Shown here one piece after another: positions 16,434 to 27,952 of a stretch of 32,000 nucleotides of DNA. Every line of letters starts with the position of its first letter. Position 1 is the first letter of the stretch. Source of the stretch: Acaryochloris marina MBIC11017 (GTDB lineage: Bacteria; Cyanobacteriota; Cyanobacteriia; Thermosynechococcales; Thermosynechococcaceae); NCBI RefSeq assembly GCF_000018105.1, contig NC_009925.1, positions 4,710,001 through 4,742,000 of the forward strand, given 5' to 3'. A program made the position numbers and the translations under genes. The notes beneath the pieces are model-generated. The model was not told where the DNA came from. It did not search any database and was given only the letters and a program-made list of their open reading frames with translations.

Positions 16434-17726
16434 ATGCTGCAGAAAAATCATCAGTACCCAGCACTGTTCAAGTCCATTGGCAGATGTCTGGGTGTTGTTT
16501 TATGCACCTTTCTGTTGAGTGTCTCTTGCATCACTCCAGCCCAGGCAGACCCCATTACCCTCAGCTTTCTGGTCGCTGCCTTTGAAGTCCCCGTCTGGAA
16601 ACCGCTGATCGCTGAGTTTGAAGCCCAGCACCCTGAAATTCATATTGAGGTGATTGAAGGCCCCAGCACCTCCAATATTGTCGAAGACCTCTACGTATCA
16701 GCCTTCCTATTAGGTAATGCGCCCTATGATTTGGTCTATATGGATATCACCTGGGTGGCTAAGTTCGCTGCTGCAGGGTGGTTGCAGGATCTGTCATCAC
16801 GAGTCACCCCTGAACAGGAAGCCCAGTTCTTAACCGGTGCCTGGTCAGGAGGACAATTCCAGGGCAAACTTTATCGCTACCCTGCCGTACGAGCAGATGT
16901 AGGAGCCTTGTATTATCGGCAAGATTTACTCGATCAGTATGGCTATGCTCCCCCTGATACCTTTGCGGATTTGATCCAGATCTCCCAAGATCTGCAAGCC
17001 CAAGGAACGCCTTGGGGCTTTTTATGGCCAGGTAAACAGACCGAAGGCACAACCGCCATGTTCTTAGAGGTACTGTCAGGGTTTGGCGGCTATTGGATTG
17101 ATCCAAAAACATTAGCAGTGGGATTAGATACGGAAGATGCAGTTACAGCCTTAGACTTCCTCGTCAACACCCTGAAAGAGGGGATTTCACCCCCCGGAAC
17201 GGTCAGCTATCAAGAAGAAGAAAACCGCCGTCTCTTTCAAAATGGGCAAGCCGTCTTTATGCGTAACTGGCCCTATGCCTGGTCTTTGATCAATGCTCTC
17301 ACTTCTCCAGTCCAAGGCAAAGTCGGCATTCATCCTATGGTGTCTCAACCCGAACAATTGGCAAGGGCTTGCCAAGGCGGATGGGGTTGGGGGATTGCCA
17401 CCACCAGCTCCCATCCCGAAGAAGCCTGGCAAGCCATTCAGTTTTTCTCTAGCGAAGCGGCCCAACGGCAGGTGGTCCAACAGTTTGGATATCTACCTAC
17501 CCTCAAATCTCTCTATACCGATCCAGATATCTTGGCTCAGTATCCCCACTTCGCCTTACTCCGGGAGATTCAGAAACAGACGGTTTTGCGCCCTGCCATT
17601 GCTCAATACGATCAGGCTTCAGATATCCTGCAACGGTATCTCAATGCAGCATTTACCCAACAACTCAGCCCCAAAGCAGCCATGGTCGCAGCCGCAAGAG
17701 AGACCCGTCAATTACTAGCTCACTGA
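16434..17726 (+). CDS. ABC transporter substrate-binding protein (family 1, sugar type)
   Basis: Signal peptide ending AQA|DP, and an extracellular solute-binding protein pattern (MDITWVAKFAAAGWLQDL, YRQDLL, MRNWPYAW). The ATG at 16434 is preferred over the track's GTG 16398, which overlaps the previous gene. Confidence 0.85.
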   Translation: MLQKNHQYPALFKSIGRCLGVVLCTFLLSVSCITPAQADPITLSFLVAAFEVPVWKPLIAEFEAQHPEIHIEVIEGPSTSNIVEDLYVSAFLLGNAPYDLVYMDITWVAKFAAAGWLQDLSSRVTPEQEAQFLTGAWSGGQFQGKLYRYPAVRADVGALYYRQDLLDQYGYAPPDTFADLIQISQDLQAQGTPWGFLWPGKQTEGTTAMFLEVLSGFGGYWIDPKTLAVGLDTEDAVTALDFLVNTLKEGISPPGTVSYQEEENRRLFQNGQAVFMRNWPYAWSLINALTSPVQGKVGIHPMVSQPEQLARACQGGWGWGIATTSSHPEEAWQAIQFFSSEAAQRQVVQQFGYLPTLKSLYTDPDILAQYPHFALLREIQKQTVLRPAIAQYDQASDILQRYLNAAFTQQLSPKAAMVAAARETRQLLAH

Positions 17727-17818
17727 TGTCCATGAATCTAATGAGCCGATTATGAAGATAAGGGCTGAACCGATCACTATAAACTGAGGCAAAAAAACCT
17801 ACCCTACGGACACCAATC

Positions 17819-18274
17819 GTGACTTCAGACTGTACAGCAGTAGAACAATATCTCCACGAACATATTCCAATTTCGGCAGCCATGGCTGTAACCGTCAGTG
17901 CCATACATCCTCAAGTCATCTTATCGGTTCCTCTGCAACCGAATATTAATCATCGCCAAACTGGCTTTGGTGGCAGTATCTCCACCTTAGCGATATTGTC
18001 AGCTTGGACTTTTGTCCATATTCAGCTTCAACCTTTACCAAAGCCTTACAGAATCGTCATCCAAGATAACAGCGTGGAATACCTACAGCCTGTCACCAGT
18101 GACTTTGAAGCACGATGCGCATCACCCTCACCAGAGACATGGCAACGGTTTCTCAAAATCCTGCAAAGAAAGGGCAAAAGTCGAATCCAACTAGCCGCTG
18201 AAGTCTATGCAGTGGATCAATTAGTCGGCACATTTACAGGTAACTACGTCGCTTTGGACATCCAAAAGGCTTAA
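17819..18274 (+). CDS. YiiD C-terminal-like (hotdog fold) putative thioesterase
   Basis: HIPISAAMAVTV...VPLQPNINHRQTGFGGSISTLAILSAW matches the yiiD_Cterm pattern. GTG start. Confidence 0.6.
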   Translation: MTSDCTAVEQYLHEHIPISAAMAVTVSAIHPQVILSVPLQPNINHRQTGFGGSISTLAILSAWTFVHIQLQPLPKPYRIVIQDNSVEYLQPVTSDFEARCASPSPETWQRFLKILQRKGKSRIQLAAEVYAVDQLVGTFTGNYVALDIQKA

Positions 18275-18335
18275 CGCCAAGACAGCTTTGGATATGTCAC
18301 ATTAGTGAGGTAGGTCAAGAGTCTTGGTGGCAATT

Positions 18336-18857
18336 ATGACGGGCACCCAACTCCCCACCTCTGAACAATCTAGTGAGAGTAATGACCGCAGACCGATCAG
18401 GAATAATGGCCTAGTTCATCAGCAGTTGTATGACACTGACTTTGTTGAGTGGATCGATCAAGCAGTTGAACTGCTCAAACAAAGTAGATTTAGTGAGCTG
18501 GATCTTGAAAACCTGATCGAAGAGGTAGAAAGCTTGGGACGCAGCGAAAAGAATGCCCTCAGAAGTAATTTACGCATTCTTTTATTGCACCTATTAAAGT
18601 GGCGATACCAACCCGGCAAACAGAGCGGCAGCTGGCGAGGGGGTATCAGAGAACATCGCATCCGCATTCAAGAAGCCTTTACGGATAGTCCAAGCTTGAA
18701 AAATTACTACATAGATAGCTTTGGAGAAAGCTACAGAAAAGCACGACAGCTTGCGGCCGATGAAACAGAGCTAGGTATCAGCACATTCCCCACGGAGAGC
18801 CCTTATACACCCGAGCAAGTTCTAGAGAGAGAATTTCTACCAGAAGGGCAAGATTAA
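18336..18857 (+). CDS. DUF29 domain-containing protein
   Basis: LYDTDFVEWIDQAVELLKQSRFSELDLENLIEEVESLGRSEKNALRSNLRILLLHLLKWRYQP is the classic DUF29 core. The ATG at 18336 lies 4 codons inside the TTG-initiated track ORF (18324). Confidence 0.85.
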   Translation: MTGTQLPTSEQSSESNDRRPIRNNGLVHQQLYDTDFVEWIDQAVELLKQSRFSELDLENLIEEVESLGRSEKNALRSNLRILLLHLLKWRYQPGKQSGSWRGGIREHRIRIQEAFTDSPSLKNYYIDSFGESYRKARQLAADETELGISTFPTESPYTPEQVLEREFLPEGQD

Positions 18858-19066
18858 GTGCATGAACAGCTTACCAACCTAGAACTCTAATAGCCGCCTC
18901 AACCCTGTGAGGACCATGAACGGCCAGTGAATTGAAAATTTATGTAGACACGAATTCATTCCTAGTCTATGATGATTAATCGGTGCTTGTGCAGGATACT
19001 GGGTTCCGAAAATAACCCAAGTCCTAAGGGCCGAGAAGCTAATTTATGCTTCTGTTGTTTCTACAA

Positions 19067-19095
19067 TTGACTTGCTCCTCAGATTGGCGTTAACT
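19067..19095 (+). promoter_or_regulatory. candidate sigma70-type promoter for the ribosomal protein cluster
   Basis: TTGACT (19067-19072), 17-nt spacer, TTAACT (19090-19095), about 115 nt upstream of rplC. The -10 element is weak. This is sequence resemblance only. Confidence 0.2.
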
Positions 19096-19210
19096 CTAAT
19101 GTCTTCCTGGCTTAGAGTTTCGGCAATATTGCGTCTTTTAGGCGTCCTGAGGTCAATTTTTTTGTGTTATAGGGTTCCCTATTGTGTTTAGGTAAGGGAG
19201 TCTGCTCACT

Positions 19211-19849
19211 GTGTCTGTCGGTATTCTAGGAACAAAACTGGGAATGACCCAGGTTTTTGATGAAGCGGGTCGTGCGATTCCAGTCACCGTCGTTCAGGCG
19301 GGTCCCTGTCCGGTCACCCAGATTAAAACGGCCCAAACAGATGGCTACACTGCCATTCAGATTGGCTATGGCAGCACCACCGAAAAAGCATTAACACGTC
19401 CTGAATTAGGACACCTGAAAAAATCCGGTTCTACTCCTGTGAGACATCTGCAAGAGTACCGTCTCGCTGATGTCAGCGAGTATGAGCTTGGGCAAAGTAT
19501 TTCCGCCGATCTTTTTTCTGAAGGCCAGCTGGTTGATATTTCCGGTACGAGCATTGGCCGTGGTTTTGCGGGTTATCAAAAACGCCACAATTTCCGACGA
19601 GGCCCCATGGGTCACGGTTCTAAAAACCACCGCGCACCGGGTTCAACGGGTGCAGGTACGACCCCTGGCCGCATCTATCCTGGTAAGCGAATGGCTGGGC
19701 AAATGGGGAACGTCAAAAAAACCATTCGTAAATTGACCGTTGTGCGGGTAGATGCTGAGCGCAACGTTTTGTTGATCAAGGGTTCAGTTCCCGGCAAGCC
19801 TGGTGCTTTGCTCAACATTCAGCCTGCCACCATTGTGGGCGAAAGCTAG
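19211..19849 (+). CDS. rplC: 50S ribosomal protein L3 (uL3)
   Basis: [28 protein letters not shown]; GTG start. Confidence 0.97.
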   Translation: MSVGILGTKLGMTQVFDEAGRAIPVTVVQAGPCPVTQIKTAQTDGYTAIQIGYGSTTEKALTRPELGHLKKSGSTPVRHLQEYRLADVSEYELGQSISADLFSEGQLVDISGTSIGRGFAGYQKRHNFRRGPMGHGSKNHRAPGSTGAGTTPGRIYPGKRMAGQMGNVKKTIRKLTVVRVDAERNVLLIKGSVPGKPGALLNIQPATIVGES

Positions 19850-19890
19850 TTTTGTGCCGAATGCCTAAAGACGCCTAAAGAGTAAAGAAC

Positions 19891-20523
19891 ATGGTTAATT
19901 GTGTAGTAAGAAATTGGCAAGGAGAGGACGCAGGTCAAGCAGAACTTGATCTGAAAGTCGCCAACGAAGAGAATGCGGCTCATATCGTGCACCGCGCCCT
20001 CCGTCGTCAAATGAATAATGCCCGTCAGGGAACCGCCTCTAGTAAGACCCGCTCTGAAGTTCGCGGGGGTGGCCGTAAGCCCTGGCGACAAAAGGGAACC
20101 GGTCGCGCTCGTGCAGGTTCCAGCCGTTCTCCCCTTTGGCGGGGTGGTGGTGTCATCTTTGGCCCCAAGCCTCGGAGCTATTCCACCAAGATGAATCGCA
20201 AAGAGCGACGGTTAGCCTTGAGAACAGCTTTTGCGAGCCGAGCCGAAGACTTGGTTGTAGTAGAAGATTTTGGCGATAACCTCTCTCGGCCTAAGACCAA
20301 AGATTTGCTAGAAGCAATGGGGCGTTGGGGTGTAAACGCAGACTCTAAAACCCTGCTGATTTTGGCGGACAAACATGACACTATCTATCTGTCTGCCCGT
20401 AATGTAGAAAAGTTGAAGCTGATTTTAGCCAGCAACTTAAATGTCTACGATTTGCTTGCAGCAGATCAGATTGTGGCAACCCAATCTGCGATCGCAAAAA
20501 TTCAGGAGGTTTACAGTGACTAA
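19891..20523 (+). CDS. rplD: 50S ribosomal protein L4 (uL4)
   Basis: [39 protein letters not shown]. Confidence 0.97.
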   Translation: MVNCVVRNWQGEDAGQAELDLKVANEENAAHIVHRALRRQMNNARQGTASSKTRSEVRGGGRKPWRQKGTGRARAGSSRSPLWRGGGVIFGPKPRSYSTKMNRKERRLALRTAFASRAEDLVVVEDFGDNLSRPKTKDLLEAMGRWGVNADSKTLLILADKHDTIYLSARNVEKLKLILASNLNVYDLLAADQIVATQSAIAKIQEVYSD

Positions 20524-20818
20524 GGTAACACCCACCAGTTTGGCCGACTTGATTCGGCGGCCCATCGTTACTGAAAAAGCCACCTTACTTCTGGAAAACA
20601 ACCAGTACGTATTTGAAGTCGATCCCAGAGCGACCAAACCTCAAATTAAAGCTGCGATTGAAGAGCTTTTCGAAGTCAAAGTGACAGGCATTTCCACCAG
20701 CAATATGCCGATCAAAAAGAAGCGCATCGGCAAGTTTATCGGTCACAAAGCCCAATACAAACGGGCTACCGTTACCCTTGCACCGGAATTCACCATTAAC
20801 CTGTTCCCAGAAGTTTAA
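20516..20818 (+). CDS. rplW: 50S ribosomal protein L23 (uL23)
   Basis: GTG 20516 is preceded by AGGAGG (20504-20509) and overlaps the rplD stop by 8 nt. Translation reads [15 protein letters not shown]...[11 protein letters not shown]. The track ORF start 20441 is too far upstream. Confidence 0.93.
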   Translation: MTKVTPTSLADLIRRPIVTEKATLLLENNQYVFEVDPRATKPQIKAAIEELFEVKVTGISTSNMPIKKKRIGKFIGHKAQYKRATVTLAPEFTINLFPEV

Positions 20819-20856
20819 GTGCCTCCCTCTGACGTCTTTTTTGAAGTGATATAGCA

Positions 20857-21720
20857 ATGGGCATCCGCTATTACAGACCTTATACCGCTGGAACTCGCCA
20901 AAAGACGAGTTCTGACTTCGCCGAGATTACCCGCGATCGGCCCGAAAAATCCTTGGTCAAAGCCAAGCATCGAGCCAAAGGTCGCAACAATCGAGGAGTC
21001 ATTACCAGTCGGCGACGAGGAGGCGGTCACAAGCGTCGCTATCGGATCATCGACTTCTATCGCAATAAGCTAGGTGTCCCTGGCACCATTGCCACCGTTG
21101 AATATGATCCCAATCGCAATGCTCGCATTGCCTTGGTCAACTATAAAGACGGCGAGAAGCGCTACATCCTCCATCCCCGTAACGTTCAGGTGGGTACCAC
21201 CATCGTTGCTGGCCCTGACGCCCCCATTGAAGTGGGTAATGCGCTACCCCTAGAAAGAATTCCCCTCGGTACTGAAGTTCATAATGTTGAACTGATTCCT
21301 GGGAAAGGAGGTCAACTGGCCCGTGCTGCTGGAGCCTTGGCTCAAGTCGTCGCGAAAGAAGGAAAAATGGTCACCCTGAAGCTACCTTCTGGGGAGGTCC
21401 GGCTTTTCCAGAAAGAATGCTACGCCACCATCGGCCAAGTTGGTAACGTCGAGTCCAACAACATCACCATCGGTAAAGCCGGTCGAAATCGTTGGAAAGC
21501 CCGCCGTCCTAAGGTCAGAGGATCGGTTATGAACCCCGTGGATCACCCCCATGGTGGCGGTGAAGGACGGGCACCCATCGGTCGCAGCGGTCCTGTCACT
21601 CCTTGGGGTAAACCTACCTTGGGTTATAAGACCCGGAAGAAGAAGAAGCAGAGCAACAAGTTGATTGTCCGTCGCCGCCGCCGTTCTTCCAAGCGGAGTC
21701 GGGGTGGTCGCCAGTCTTAA
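20857..21720 (+). CDS. rplB: 50S ribosomal protein L2 (uL2)
   Basis: [40 protein letters not shown]. Confidence 0.97.
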   Translation: MGIRYYRPYTAGTRQKTSSDFAEITRDRPEKSLVKAKHRAKGRNNRGVITSRRRGGGHKRRYRIIDFYRNKLGVPGTIATVEYDPNRNARIALVNYKDGEKRYILHPRNVQVGTTIVAGPDAPIEVGNALPLERIPLGTEVHNVELIPGKGGQLARAAGALAQVVAKEGKMVTLKLPSGEVRLFQKECYATIGQVGNVESNNITIGKAGRNRWKARRPKVRGSVMNPVDHPHGGGEGRAPIGRSGPVTPWGKPTLGYKTRKKKKQSNKLIVRRRRRSSKRSRGGRQS

Positions 21721-21761
21721 TCTATCGTTTGCACTTTATTTGACGTTTCATTCACTCAACC

Positions 21762-22040
21762 ATGTCTCGTTCTCTGAAAAAAGGCCCCTTCGTTGCTGAC
21801 CATCTTTTAACCAAGGTGGAGAACCTCAACGAAAAAGGCGAAAAGCAAGTTATTAAAACCTGGTCACGGGCATCCACCATCATCCCGCAAATGATTGGTC
21901 ACACAATTGCCGTCCACAATGGTCGTCAGCACGTACCGGTTTACGTCAGTGAACAGATGGTGGGACATAAGCTGGGTGAGTTTGCCCCCACTCGCACCTT
22001 CAAAAGCCATTCCAAAGGCGACAAAAAAGCACGGATGTAG
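21762..22040 (+). CDS. rpsS: 30S ribosomal protein S19 (uS19)
   Basis: [16 protein letters not shown]...[14 protein letters not shown]. Confidence 0.97.
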   Translation: MSRSLKKGPFVADHLLTKVENLNEKGEKQVIKTWSRASTIIPQMIGHTIAVHNGRQHVPVYVSEQMVGHKLGEFAPTRTFKSHSKGDKKARM

Positions 22041-22049
22041 GATAACGCG

Positions 22050-22412
22050 ATGACAACGCAACTCAAAGATATCAACGGCGCATACGCCAAAGCCAAATAT
22101 ATCCGCATGTCTCCTCGGAAAGTGCGCCGGGTTCTGGATCAAATTCGGGGCCGGAGCTACCGAGAAGCCCTGATTGTTCTCGAATTTATGCCTTACCGAG
22201 CCTGTGAGCCAGTCTTAAAGGTGTTACGTTCGGCGGTGGCCAATGCCGAAACCAATCGCGGATTGGACCCTGTAGATCTCGTAGTCAGTCATGCCTATGC
22301 AGATCAAGGTCCTCGCTTAAAGCGGTTTCGCCCTCGTGCCCAAGGACGGGCCTATCAAATTCAAAAGCCGACCTGCCATATCACCATTGCGGTGAGCGCT
22401 GAGGCTAGCTAA
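22050..22412 (+). CDS. rplV: 50S ribosomal protein L22 (uL22)
   Basis: [27 protein letters not shown]...[18 protein letters not shown]. Confidence 0.97.
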   Translation: MTTQLKDINGAYAKAKYIRMSPRKVRRVLDQIRGRSYREALIVLEFMPYRACEPVLKVLRSAVANAETNRGLDPVDLVVSHAYADQGPRLKRFRPRAQGRAYQIQKPTCHITIAVSAEAS

Positions 22413-22447
22413 CCACCTTTATTGAGCCATAGACAGAGGACATTTTT

Positions 22448-23173
22448 GTGGGACAAAAGATTCATCCAACCGGTTTTAGACTAGGGATCACACAAGATCA
22501 CTGGTCGCGCTGGTTTGCCGATACCGATCGTTACCCCGAACTCCTTCAAGAGGACTTTAAAGTTCGCAATTACGTCAACAAAAATCTGAGCAATGCTGGC
22601 ATCGCTGGTGTGCGCATCGAGCGCAAGGCCGATCAGATTGACTTGGAAGTGCGAACAGCTCGCCCCGGCGTAGTCGTGGGCCGAGGCGGTAGTGGTATCG
22701 AGTCCCTCCGAGTCGGCCTTCAAAAAGAGTTGGGAGATGATCGTCCCATTCGCATCAACGTCGTCGAAGTAGCTCGCGTCGATGCCGAAGCAACCTTGAT
22801 TGCTGAATACATTGTCCAGCAGTTGGTCCGCCGAGTCTCCTTCCGTCGAGTGGTGCGTCAAGCCATTCAACGGGCGCAACGTGCTGGCGTCGAAGGCATC
22901 AAGATTCAAGTGGGTGGTCGCCTTAACGGTGCTGAAATTGCCCGGAGTGAATGGACCCGTGAAGGTAGAGTGCCTCTACATACCTTACGTGCCAACATTG
23001 ACTATTCCTACCGTACTGCCAGCACCACCTACGGCATTTTAGGTGTGAAAGTTTGGGTCTTTAAAGGTGAAGTCATCCCCGGTGCAGATGAACAGCCCAC
23101 CAACCGCGAACCTCAACAGCGACGACGTCAGCAACAGCGACGACGCCAGCAGTTTGAAGATCGTTCTGAATAA
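22448..23173 (+). CDS. rpsC: 30S ribosomal protein S3 (uS3) with Q/R-rich C-terminal extension
   Basis: [17 protein letters not shown] and S3-C domains; GTG start. Confidence 0.97.
   Translation: MGQKIHPTGFRLGITQDHWSRWFADTDRYPELLQEDFKVRNYVNKNLSNAGIAGVRIERKADQIDLEVRTARPGVVVGRGGSGIESLRVGLQKELGDDRPIRINVVEVARVDAEATLIAEYIVQQLVRRVSFRRVVRQAIQRAQRAGVEGIKIQVGGRLNGAEIARSEWTREGRVPLHTLRANIDYSYRTASTTYGILGVKVWVFKGEVIPGADEQPTNREPQQRRRQQQRRRQQFEDRSE
23114..23149 (+). repeat. 18-bp tandem duplication inside the rpsC 3' end (QQRRRQ x2)
   Basis: CAACAGCGACGACGTCAG (23114-23131) is followed directly by CAACAGCGACGACGCCAG (23132-23149). The single difference is synonymous. Confidence 0.9.
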
Positions 23174-23236
23174 ATCTTTTGATTCCGTTTAGCCGGCCGC
23201 TAGACACAGCTACTCCCTTACCCCCGATTCCTGATT

Positions 23237-23656
23237 ATGTTAAGTCCCAGAAAAACGAAATTTCGTAAGCAACACCGGGGCCGTATGCGCGGTAAAGCCA
23301 CTCGAGGGAACACCCTCAGCTTCGGTGATTATGGTCTTCAAGCCCTTGAGCCTTCCTGGATCACCTCACGTCAGATTGAAGCCGGACGACGAGCCATGAC
23401 CCGCTACGTCCGTCGGGGTGGAAAGATTTGGATTCGTATCTTCCCAGACAAGCCGGTTACCATGCGTCCTGCAGAAACCCGGATGGGTTCGGGTAAAGGT
23501 GCGCCTGAATATTGGGTGGCCGTAGTCAAGCCAGGTCGGATTATGTACGAAATGAATGGCGTTCCTGAGTCAACCGCTCGGGAAGCCATGCGATTGGCAG
23601 CCTTCAAAATGCCTATCAAAACCAAGTTCGTTGCCCGTCCAAAGGAGGAATCTTAA
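23237..23656 (+). CDS. rplP: 50S ribosomal protein L16 (uL16)
   Basis: [25 protein letters not shown]. Confidence 0.97.
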   Translation: MLSPRKTKFRKQHRGRMRGKATRGNTLSFGDYGLQALEPSWITSRQIEAGRRAMTRYVRRGGKIWIRIFPDKPVTMRPAETRMGSGKGAPEYWVAVVKPGRIMYEMNGVPESTAREAMRLAAFKMPIKTKFVARPKEES

Positions 23657-23659
23657 GTC

Positions 23660-23854
23660 ATGGCATTGTCAAAAATGGCTGATTTGAAAAACCTTTCTGT
23701 GGATGAGATCGATGCCAAGGTTCAAGAGTTAAAGAAAGAACTCTTTGATCTGCGATTCCAAAAAGCAACCAAGGAAACGATTCAACCGCATCGATTCAAG
23801 CACATACGGCATGAGATTGCCCAACTCTTAACTTTAAAACAGCAGCAAAGTTAG
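23660..23854 (+). CDS. rpmC: 50S ribosomal protein L29 (uL29)
   Basis: EIDAKVQELKKELFDLRFQKAT. Confidence 0.95.
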   Translation: MALSKMADLKNLSVDEIDAKVQELKKELFDLRFQKATKETIQPHRFKHIRHEIAQLLTLKQQQS

Positions 23855-23907
23855 GTATTTAGGTTTGGGACTTTACATGTTGGATTTGGACGATTGGAGT
23901 TAAACAC

Positions 23908-24159
23908 ATGGCTATTAAGGAAAGAATTGGGGTTGTGGTCAGCGACAAAATGGACAAGACGGTGGTCGTCGCCGTGTCCAACCGCGTCCCCCATAAAAAG
24001 TATGGAAAAATCGTGGGTCAGACCCGTCGGTATAAGGCACATGACGAAGAGAATGCCTGCCATGTCGGTGACCGCGTACGCATCCGAGAATCCCGTCCCC
24101 TCAGTCGTACAAAGCGATGGGCGGTAACAGATGTTTTAGTGGCTGCTAATCGACCCTAG
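23908..24159 (+). CDS. rpsQ: 30S ribosomal protein S17 (uS17)
   Basis: [20 protein letters not shown]...YKAHDEEN. Confidence 0.96.
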   Translation: MAIKERIGVVVSDKMDKTVVVAVSNRVPHKKYGKIVGQTRRYKAHDEENACHVGDRVRIRESRPLSRTKRWAVTDVLVAANRP

Positions 24160-24170
24160 GGACCTGAATC

Positions 24171-24539
24171 ATGATTCAACAAGAAACCACACTTAATGTT
24201 GCAGACAACAGCGGCGCTAAACGCTTGTTGTGCATCCGGGTTATCGGCGGCGGTAACCGTCGATATGGTGGCGTTGGCGATGTCATTATTGCCACGGTCA
24301 AAGATGCAACTCCCAATATGCCCGTCAAAAAGTCTGATGTGGTCAGAGCAGTGATTGTCCGTACTCGCAAATCCATTTGCCGAGAAAGTGGCATGAGTAT
24401 CCGCTTCGACGATAATGCTGCCGTTTTAATTAACCCAGATGGCAATCCCCGAGGCACCCGTGTGTTTGGCCCCGTTGCCCGTGAGCTCCGAGACAAGAGC
24501 TTCACTAAAATTGTTTCTCTCGCGCCAGAGGTGCTCTAA
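24171..24539 (+). CDS. rplN: 50S ribosomal protein L14 (uL14)
   Basis: [24 protein letters not shown]. Confidence 0.97.
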   Translation: MIQQETTLNVADNSGAKRLLCIRVIGGGNRRYGGVGDVIIATVKDATPNMPVKKSDVVRAVIVRTRKSICRESGMSIRFDDNAAVLINPDGNPRGTRVFGPVARELRDKSFTKIVSLAPEVL

Positions 24540-24886
24540 TGGCTAAGAAAAAGTCAACAGCTAAACGCTACAAGATGCACGTCAAAAAGGGAGACACAGT
24601 CCAAGTCATTGCTGGCAAAGATAAGGCCAAAGTGGGCGAAGTGATTGATGTCTTACCTAAACTCAGCCAAGTTGTGGTTGAAGGCGTCAACATGAAAACG
24701 AAGCATGTCAAGCCTCGCTCTGAAAGTGAATCAGGTCAGATTTCCACCGTAGAGTTTCCCATCCATAGTTCTAATGTGATGCTCTACTCCAACAAGGAAA
24801 ACGTCGCTAGCCGGGTTTGCTACACCTTTGACGATTCAGGCCGTAAGGTCAGAATGCTGAAAAAAACTGGTGAAATTATTGACTAA
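24539..24886 (+). CDS. rplX: 50S ribosomal protein L24 (uL24)
   Basis: [24 protein letters not shown]; its ATG overlaps the rplN TAA by 1 nt. Confidence 0.96.
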   Translation: MAKKKSTAKRYKMHVKKGDTVQVIAGKDKAKVGEVIDVLPKLSQVVVEGVNMKTKHVKPRSESESGQISTVEFPIHSSNVMLYSNKENVASRVCYTFDDSGRKVRMLKKTGEIID

Positions 24887-24936
24887 CGCTCATTTTTGCC
24901 CTGACCAAGCCCAGGGCGCTACAGGATAGAAAAGTA

Positions 24937-25482
24937 ATGACAGTCCGACTAAAAACCCTCTATCTCGATACGGCCGTTCCGAAATTACAGGAACAGTTTA
25001 AGTATAAGAATGCCCATGAGATCCCTAAAGTCACCAAGGTTTCGGTTAACCGAGGTTTAGGCGAGGCATCACAAAATGCAAAAGCCCTAGAGCGCTCTTT
25101 GGAAGAATTAGCGGTCATTACAGGTCAACGACCTGTGGTCACCCGAGCCAAGAAAGCGATTGCAGGCTTCAAAATTCGGCAAGGGATGCCCGTCGGGGTC
25201 ATGGTTACCCTCAGAGGAGAGCGGATGTATGCTTTTCTCGATCGATTGGTCAATCTGGCTTTGCCCAGAATTCGTGACTTTCGGGGAGTCAGCCCCAAAA
25301 GTTTCGACGGTCGGGGGAATTACACTTTAGGATTGCGAGAGCAACTCATCTTTCCTGAAGTGGATTATGACAGCATTGATCAAATTCGAGGGATGGATAT
25401 TTCGATTATCACGACTGCCAAAACCGATGAAGAAGGTCGTGCCCTGTTAAAAGTTTTGGGAATGCCCTTCCGTGAAAATTAA
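24937..25482 (+). CDS. rplE: 50S ribosomal protein L5 (uL5)
   Basis: [16 protein letters not shown]...[15 protein letters not shown]. Confidence 0.97.
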   Translation: MTVRLKTLYLDTAVPKLQEQFKYKNAHEIPKVTKVSVNRGLGEASQNAKALERSLEELAVITGQRPVVTRAKKAIAGFKIRQGMPVGVMVTLRGERMYAFLDRLVNLALPRIRDFRGVSPKSFDGRGNYTLGLREQLIFPEVDYDSIDQIRGMDISIITTAKTDEEGRALLKVLGMPFREN

Positions 25483-25517
25483 GTTGTTTCGAAGGGGGCG
25501 GTTCATAAGGAGTAATT

Positions 25518-25919
25518 ATGGCAGCTAATGACACTATTGGTGATATGCTCACGCGGATCCGCAATGCGAATCTAGCACGGCATCAAACGACACAAGTCAT
25601 GTCGACCCGAATGACCCGAAGCGTCGCTTCGGTGTTGAAGGATGAAGGCTTTATTACCAGCTTTGAAGAATCTGGTGAAGGGGTAGAACGACGCCTAGTC
25701 ATTACGCTGAAGTATCGTGGCAAAAATCGTCAACCGATCATCAACACGTTGCAACGTATCAGCAAGCCGGGGCTTCGAGTTTACTCCAATAGACGTGACT
25801 TACCGAGAGTCTTAGGCGGCATCGGCATCGCGATTATTTCCACATCCAGTGGGATTATGACCGATCGAGACGCTCGCCAAACTGGGGTTGGTGGAGAAGT
25901 CCTTTGCTATGTGTGGTAG
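25518..25919 (+). CDS. rpsH: 30S ribosomal protein S8 (uS8)
   Basis: [19 protein letters not shown]...GGEVLCYVW. Confidence 0.97.
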   Translation: MAANDTIGDMLTRIRNANLARHQTTQVMSTRMTRSVASVLKDEGFITSFEESGEGVERRLVITLKYRGKNRQPIINTLQRISKPGLRVYSNRRDLPRVLGGIGIAIISTSSGIMTDRDARQTGVGGEVLCYVW

Positions 25920-25957
25920 ACCCAACCCCCTTGCAGTTATTGATACGGAGTTAGACT

Positions 25958-26497
25958 ATGTCTCGCATCGGTAAGGTACCCATTCCCATTCCTGACAAAG
26001 TGAATGTCACGATTAAAGGGCAAGCCGTGACTGTGAAAGGCCCCAAGGGAGAGTTATCCAGAGAGATAACCCCAGAGGTTGCCATTGAGCAGGCTGATAA
26101 TCTGGTCACAGTAACGCGTCGGAACGAATCACGCATCGCTCGTCAGCGCCATGGTTTATCCCGGACGTTAATTGCCAATATGGTGGAAGGGGTATCCAAG
26201 GGATTCGAAAAGAAATTACAAATCCAAGGGGTGGGGTATCGAGCCCAAGTACAAGGTCGTAATTTGATCTTGAACGTGGGTTATAGCAATCCCGTCACCA
26301 TTGAGCCGCCTGAAGGCGTGCAGGTGGCAGTGGAAAGTAATACGAATGTCATTGTTAGTGGCATCAATAAAGAAGTCGTCGGCAATACTGCTGCTCGAAT
26401 CCGGGCAGTTCGTCCTCCTGAACCGTACAAAGGCAAAGGAATTCGCTACGCCGATGAGTATGTCCGCCGCAAGGTTGGTAAGGCAGGTAAGAAATAA
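25958..26497 (+). CDS. rplF: 50S ribosomal protein L6 (uL6)
   Basis: [33 protein letters not shown]. Confidence 0.97.
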   Translation: MSRIGKVPIPIPDKVNVTIKGQAVTVKGPKGELSREITPEVAIEQADNLVTVTRRNESRIARQRHGLSRTLIANMVEGVSKGFEKKLQIQGVGYRAQVQGRNLILNVGYSNPVTIEPPEGVQVAVESNTNVIVSGINKEVVGNTAARIRAVRPPEPYKGKGIRYADEYVRRKVGKAGKK

Positions 26498-26853
26498 TGA
26501 AAACCACTCGCAGAGACGCAACCCGTAGCCGACATCAGCGAGTTCGCCGCAAAGTTGTGGGAACTGCTGAACGACCTCGGTTAGCTGTATTCCGATCGAA
26601 CCAGCATATTTATGCTCAGGTGATTGATGATGCCCAGCAGCACACCTTAGCTGCAGCATCTACTGTTGAATCCGATCTCAAATCATCTTCTGGAGCAACT
26701 TGTGATGCCTCCACTGCCGTGGGCAAGCTGGTGGCTGAGCGAGCCATTGAAAAGGGAATCAAGGCCGTAGTGTTTGATCGCGGCGGTAATTTGTATCACG
26801 GGCGAGTCAAGGCGTTGGCCGATGCTGCTCGTGAAGCTGGCTTAGAATTTTAA
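26497..26853 (+). CDS. rplR: 50S ribosomal protein L18 (uL18)
   Basis: [20 protein letters not shown]...[26 protein letters not shown]; TAATG overlap with rplF. Confidence 0.96.
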   Translation: MKTTRRDATRSRHQRVRRKVVGTAERPRLAVFRSNQHIYAQVIDDAQQHTLAAASTVESDLKSSSGATCDASTAVGKLVAERAIEKGIKAVVFDRGGNLYHGRVKALADAAREAGLEF

Positions 26854-26867
26854 GTAGGATATTATCC

Positions 26868-27401
26868 ATGGCAAAGGAAAATCGTCGCAAAAACAACCGG
26901 AACAAGGAAAAAGACTCCACCTGGCAAGAGCGGGTCGTCCAAATTCGACGGGTCTCGAAGGTCGTCAAAGGTGGTAAAAAACTCAGTTTTAGAGCCATTG
27001 TTGTGGTTGGCAATGAGCGAGGCCAAGTAGGCGTCGGTGTCGGTAAAGCCAGCGATGTGATTGGTGCCGTTCGCAAAGGCGTTGCCGATGGCAAGAAGCA
27101 GCTGGTTGAAGTTCCTTTGACTCGGTCCAACTCTATTCCCCATCCTATGATCGGTCGGGGCGGAGCCGCCAAAGTGATGATGCGCCCTGCAGCCCCTGGT
27201 ACGGGTGTGATTGCGGGTGGTGCGGTTCGTACCGTTTTGGAACTGGCTGGTGTTCGCAATGTGTTGGCGAAGCAGTTGGGGTCCGATAATCCTTTGAATA
27301 ATGCCCGCGCTACCCTCCATGCCCTAGCCTCCCTCCGCACCTTTTCTGAGGTGGCCGGTGAACGAGGCATTGAAGTGGAAAAACTCTATGCTGCTACTTA
27401 G
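26868..27401 (+). CDS. rpsE: 30S ribosomal protein S5 (uS5)
   Basis: [27 protein letters not shown]. Confidence 0.97.
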   Translation: MAKENRRKNNRNKEKDSTWQERVVQIRRVSKVVKGGKKLSFRAIVVVGNERGQVGVGVGKASDVIGAVRKGVADGKKQLVEVPLTRSNSIPHPMIGRGGAAKVMMRPAAPGTGVIAGGAVRTVLELAGVRNVLAKQLGSDNPLNNARATLHALASLRTFSEVAGERGIEVEKLYAAT

Positions 27402-27460
27402 TGCTCTGATAGCCTAAGCGAATTAGTTTATTAACCCCTAGCCCCTGACTTAACAAGATC

Positions 27461-27910
27461 ATGAGACTAAACGATCCTAAACCCAAAACCGGTTCCCAAC
27501 ATCGACGTCGCCGTGTTGGCCGAGGAATCGCTGCTGGTCAAGGCGCTAGCTGTGGCTTTGGAATGCGCGGTCAAAAATCTCGTTCAGGTCGTCCGACTCG
27601 TCCTGGATTCGAGGGTGGACAAAATCCTTTATACCGGCGAGTGCCAAAGTTAAAGCATTTTACGCTGATCAATCAGAAGCAATACACTACGATTAATGTA
27701 GGTAAGCTTAATGAATTGAAAGCGAAGTCCGATGTCACCCTTGAGTCTCTGATGGCCGAAGGCATCATTACATCCAATGATGGACCTTTGAAAGTACTAG
27801 GAGATGGTGAGCTAACGGTTGCACTCAATGTGCAGGCCGCAGCCGCAACCCAGTCTGCAATCGCCAAAGTCGAAGGGGCCGGTGGTAGCTTTCAGTCTAC
27901 TGAGTCTTAA
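27461..27910 (+). CDS. rplO: 50S ribosomal protein L15 (uL15)
   Basis: [28 protein letters not shown]. Confidence 0.96.
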   Translation: MRLNDPKPKTGSQHRRRRVGRGIAAGQGASCGFGMRGQKSRSGRPTRPGFEGGQNPLYRRVPKLKHFTLINQKQYTTINVGKLNELKAKSDVTLESLMAEGIITSNDGPLKVLGDGELTVALNVQAAAATQSAIAKVEGAGGSFQSTES

Positions 27911-27952
27911 CATCTTTCATTTTTAATCGGCTTTTAGAGAGGTATCCCTGAC

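Noticed and set aside
26216-27370. Long antisense ORFs inside ribosomal genes (26216..26659, 26807..27370 and 26862..27320 on the minus strand; also 22481..22909 and 24176..24505)
   Set aside because: They fully overlap unmistakable ribosomal protein genes. Their low-complexity translations reflect codon bias of the sense strand, and they have no motifs.
19211-27910. Absence of rpsJ (S10) before rplC, rpsN (S14) between rplE and rpsH, and rpmD (L30) between rpsE and rplO
   Set aside because: This is the normal cyanobacterial/plastid-type layout. S10 sits in the str operon, S14 is unlinked, and L30 is absent. The spacers (35 and 59 nt) hold no hidden ORF.
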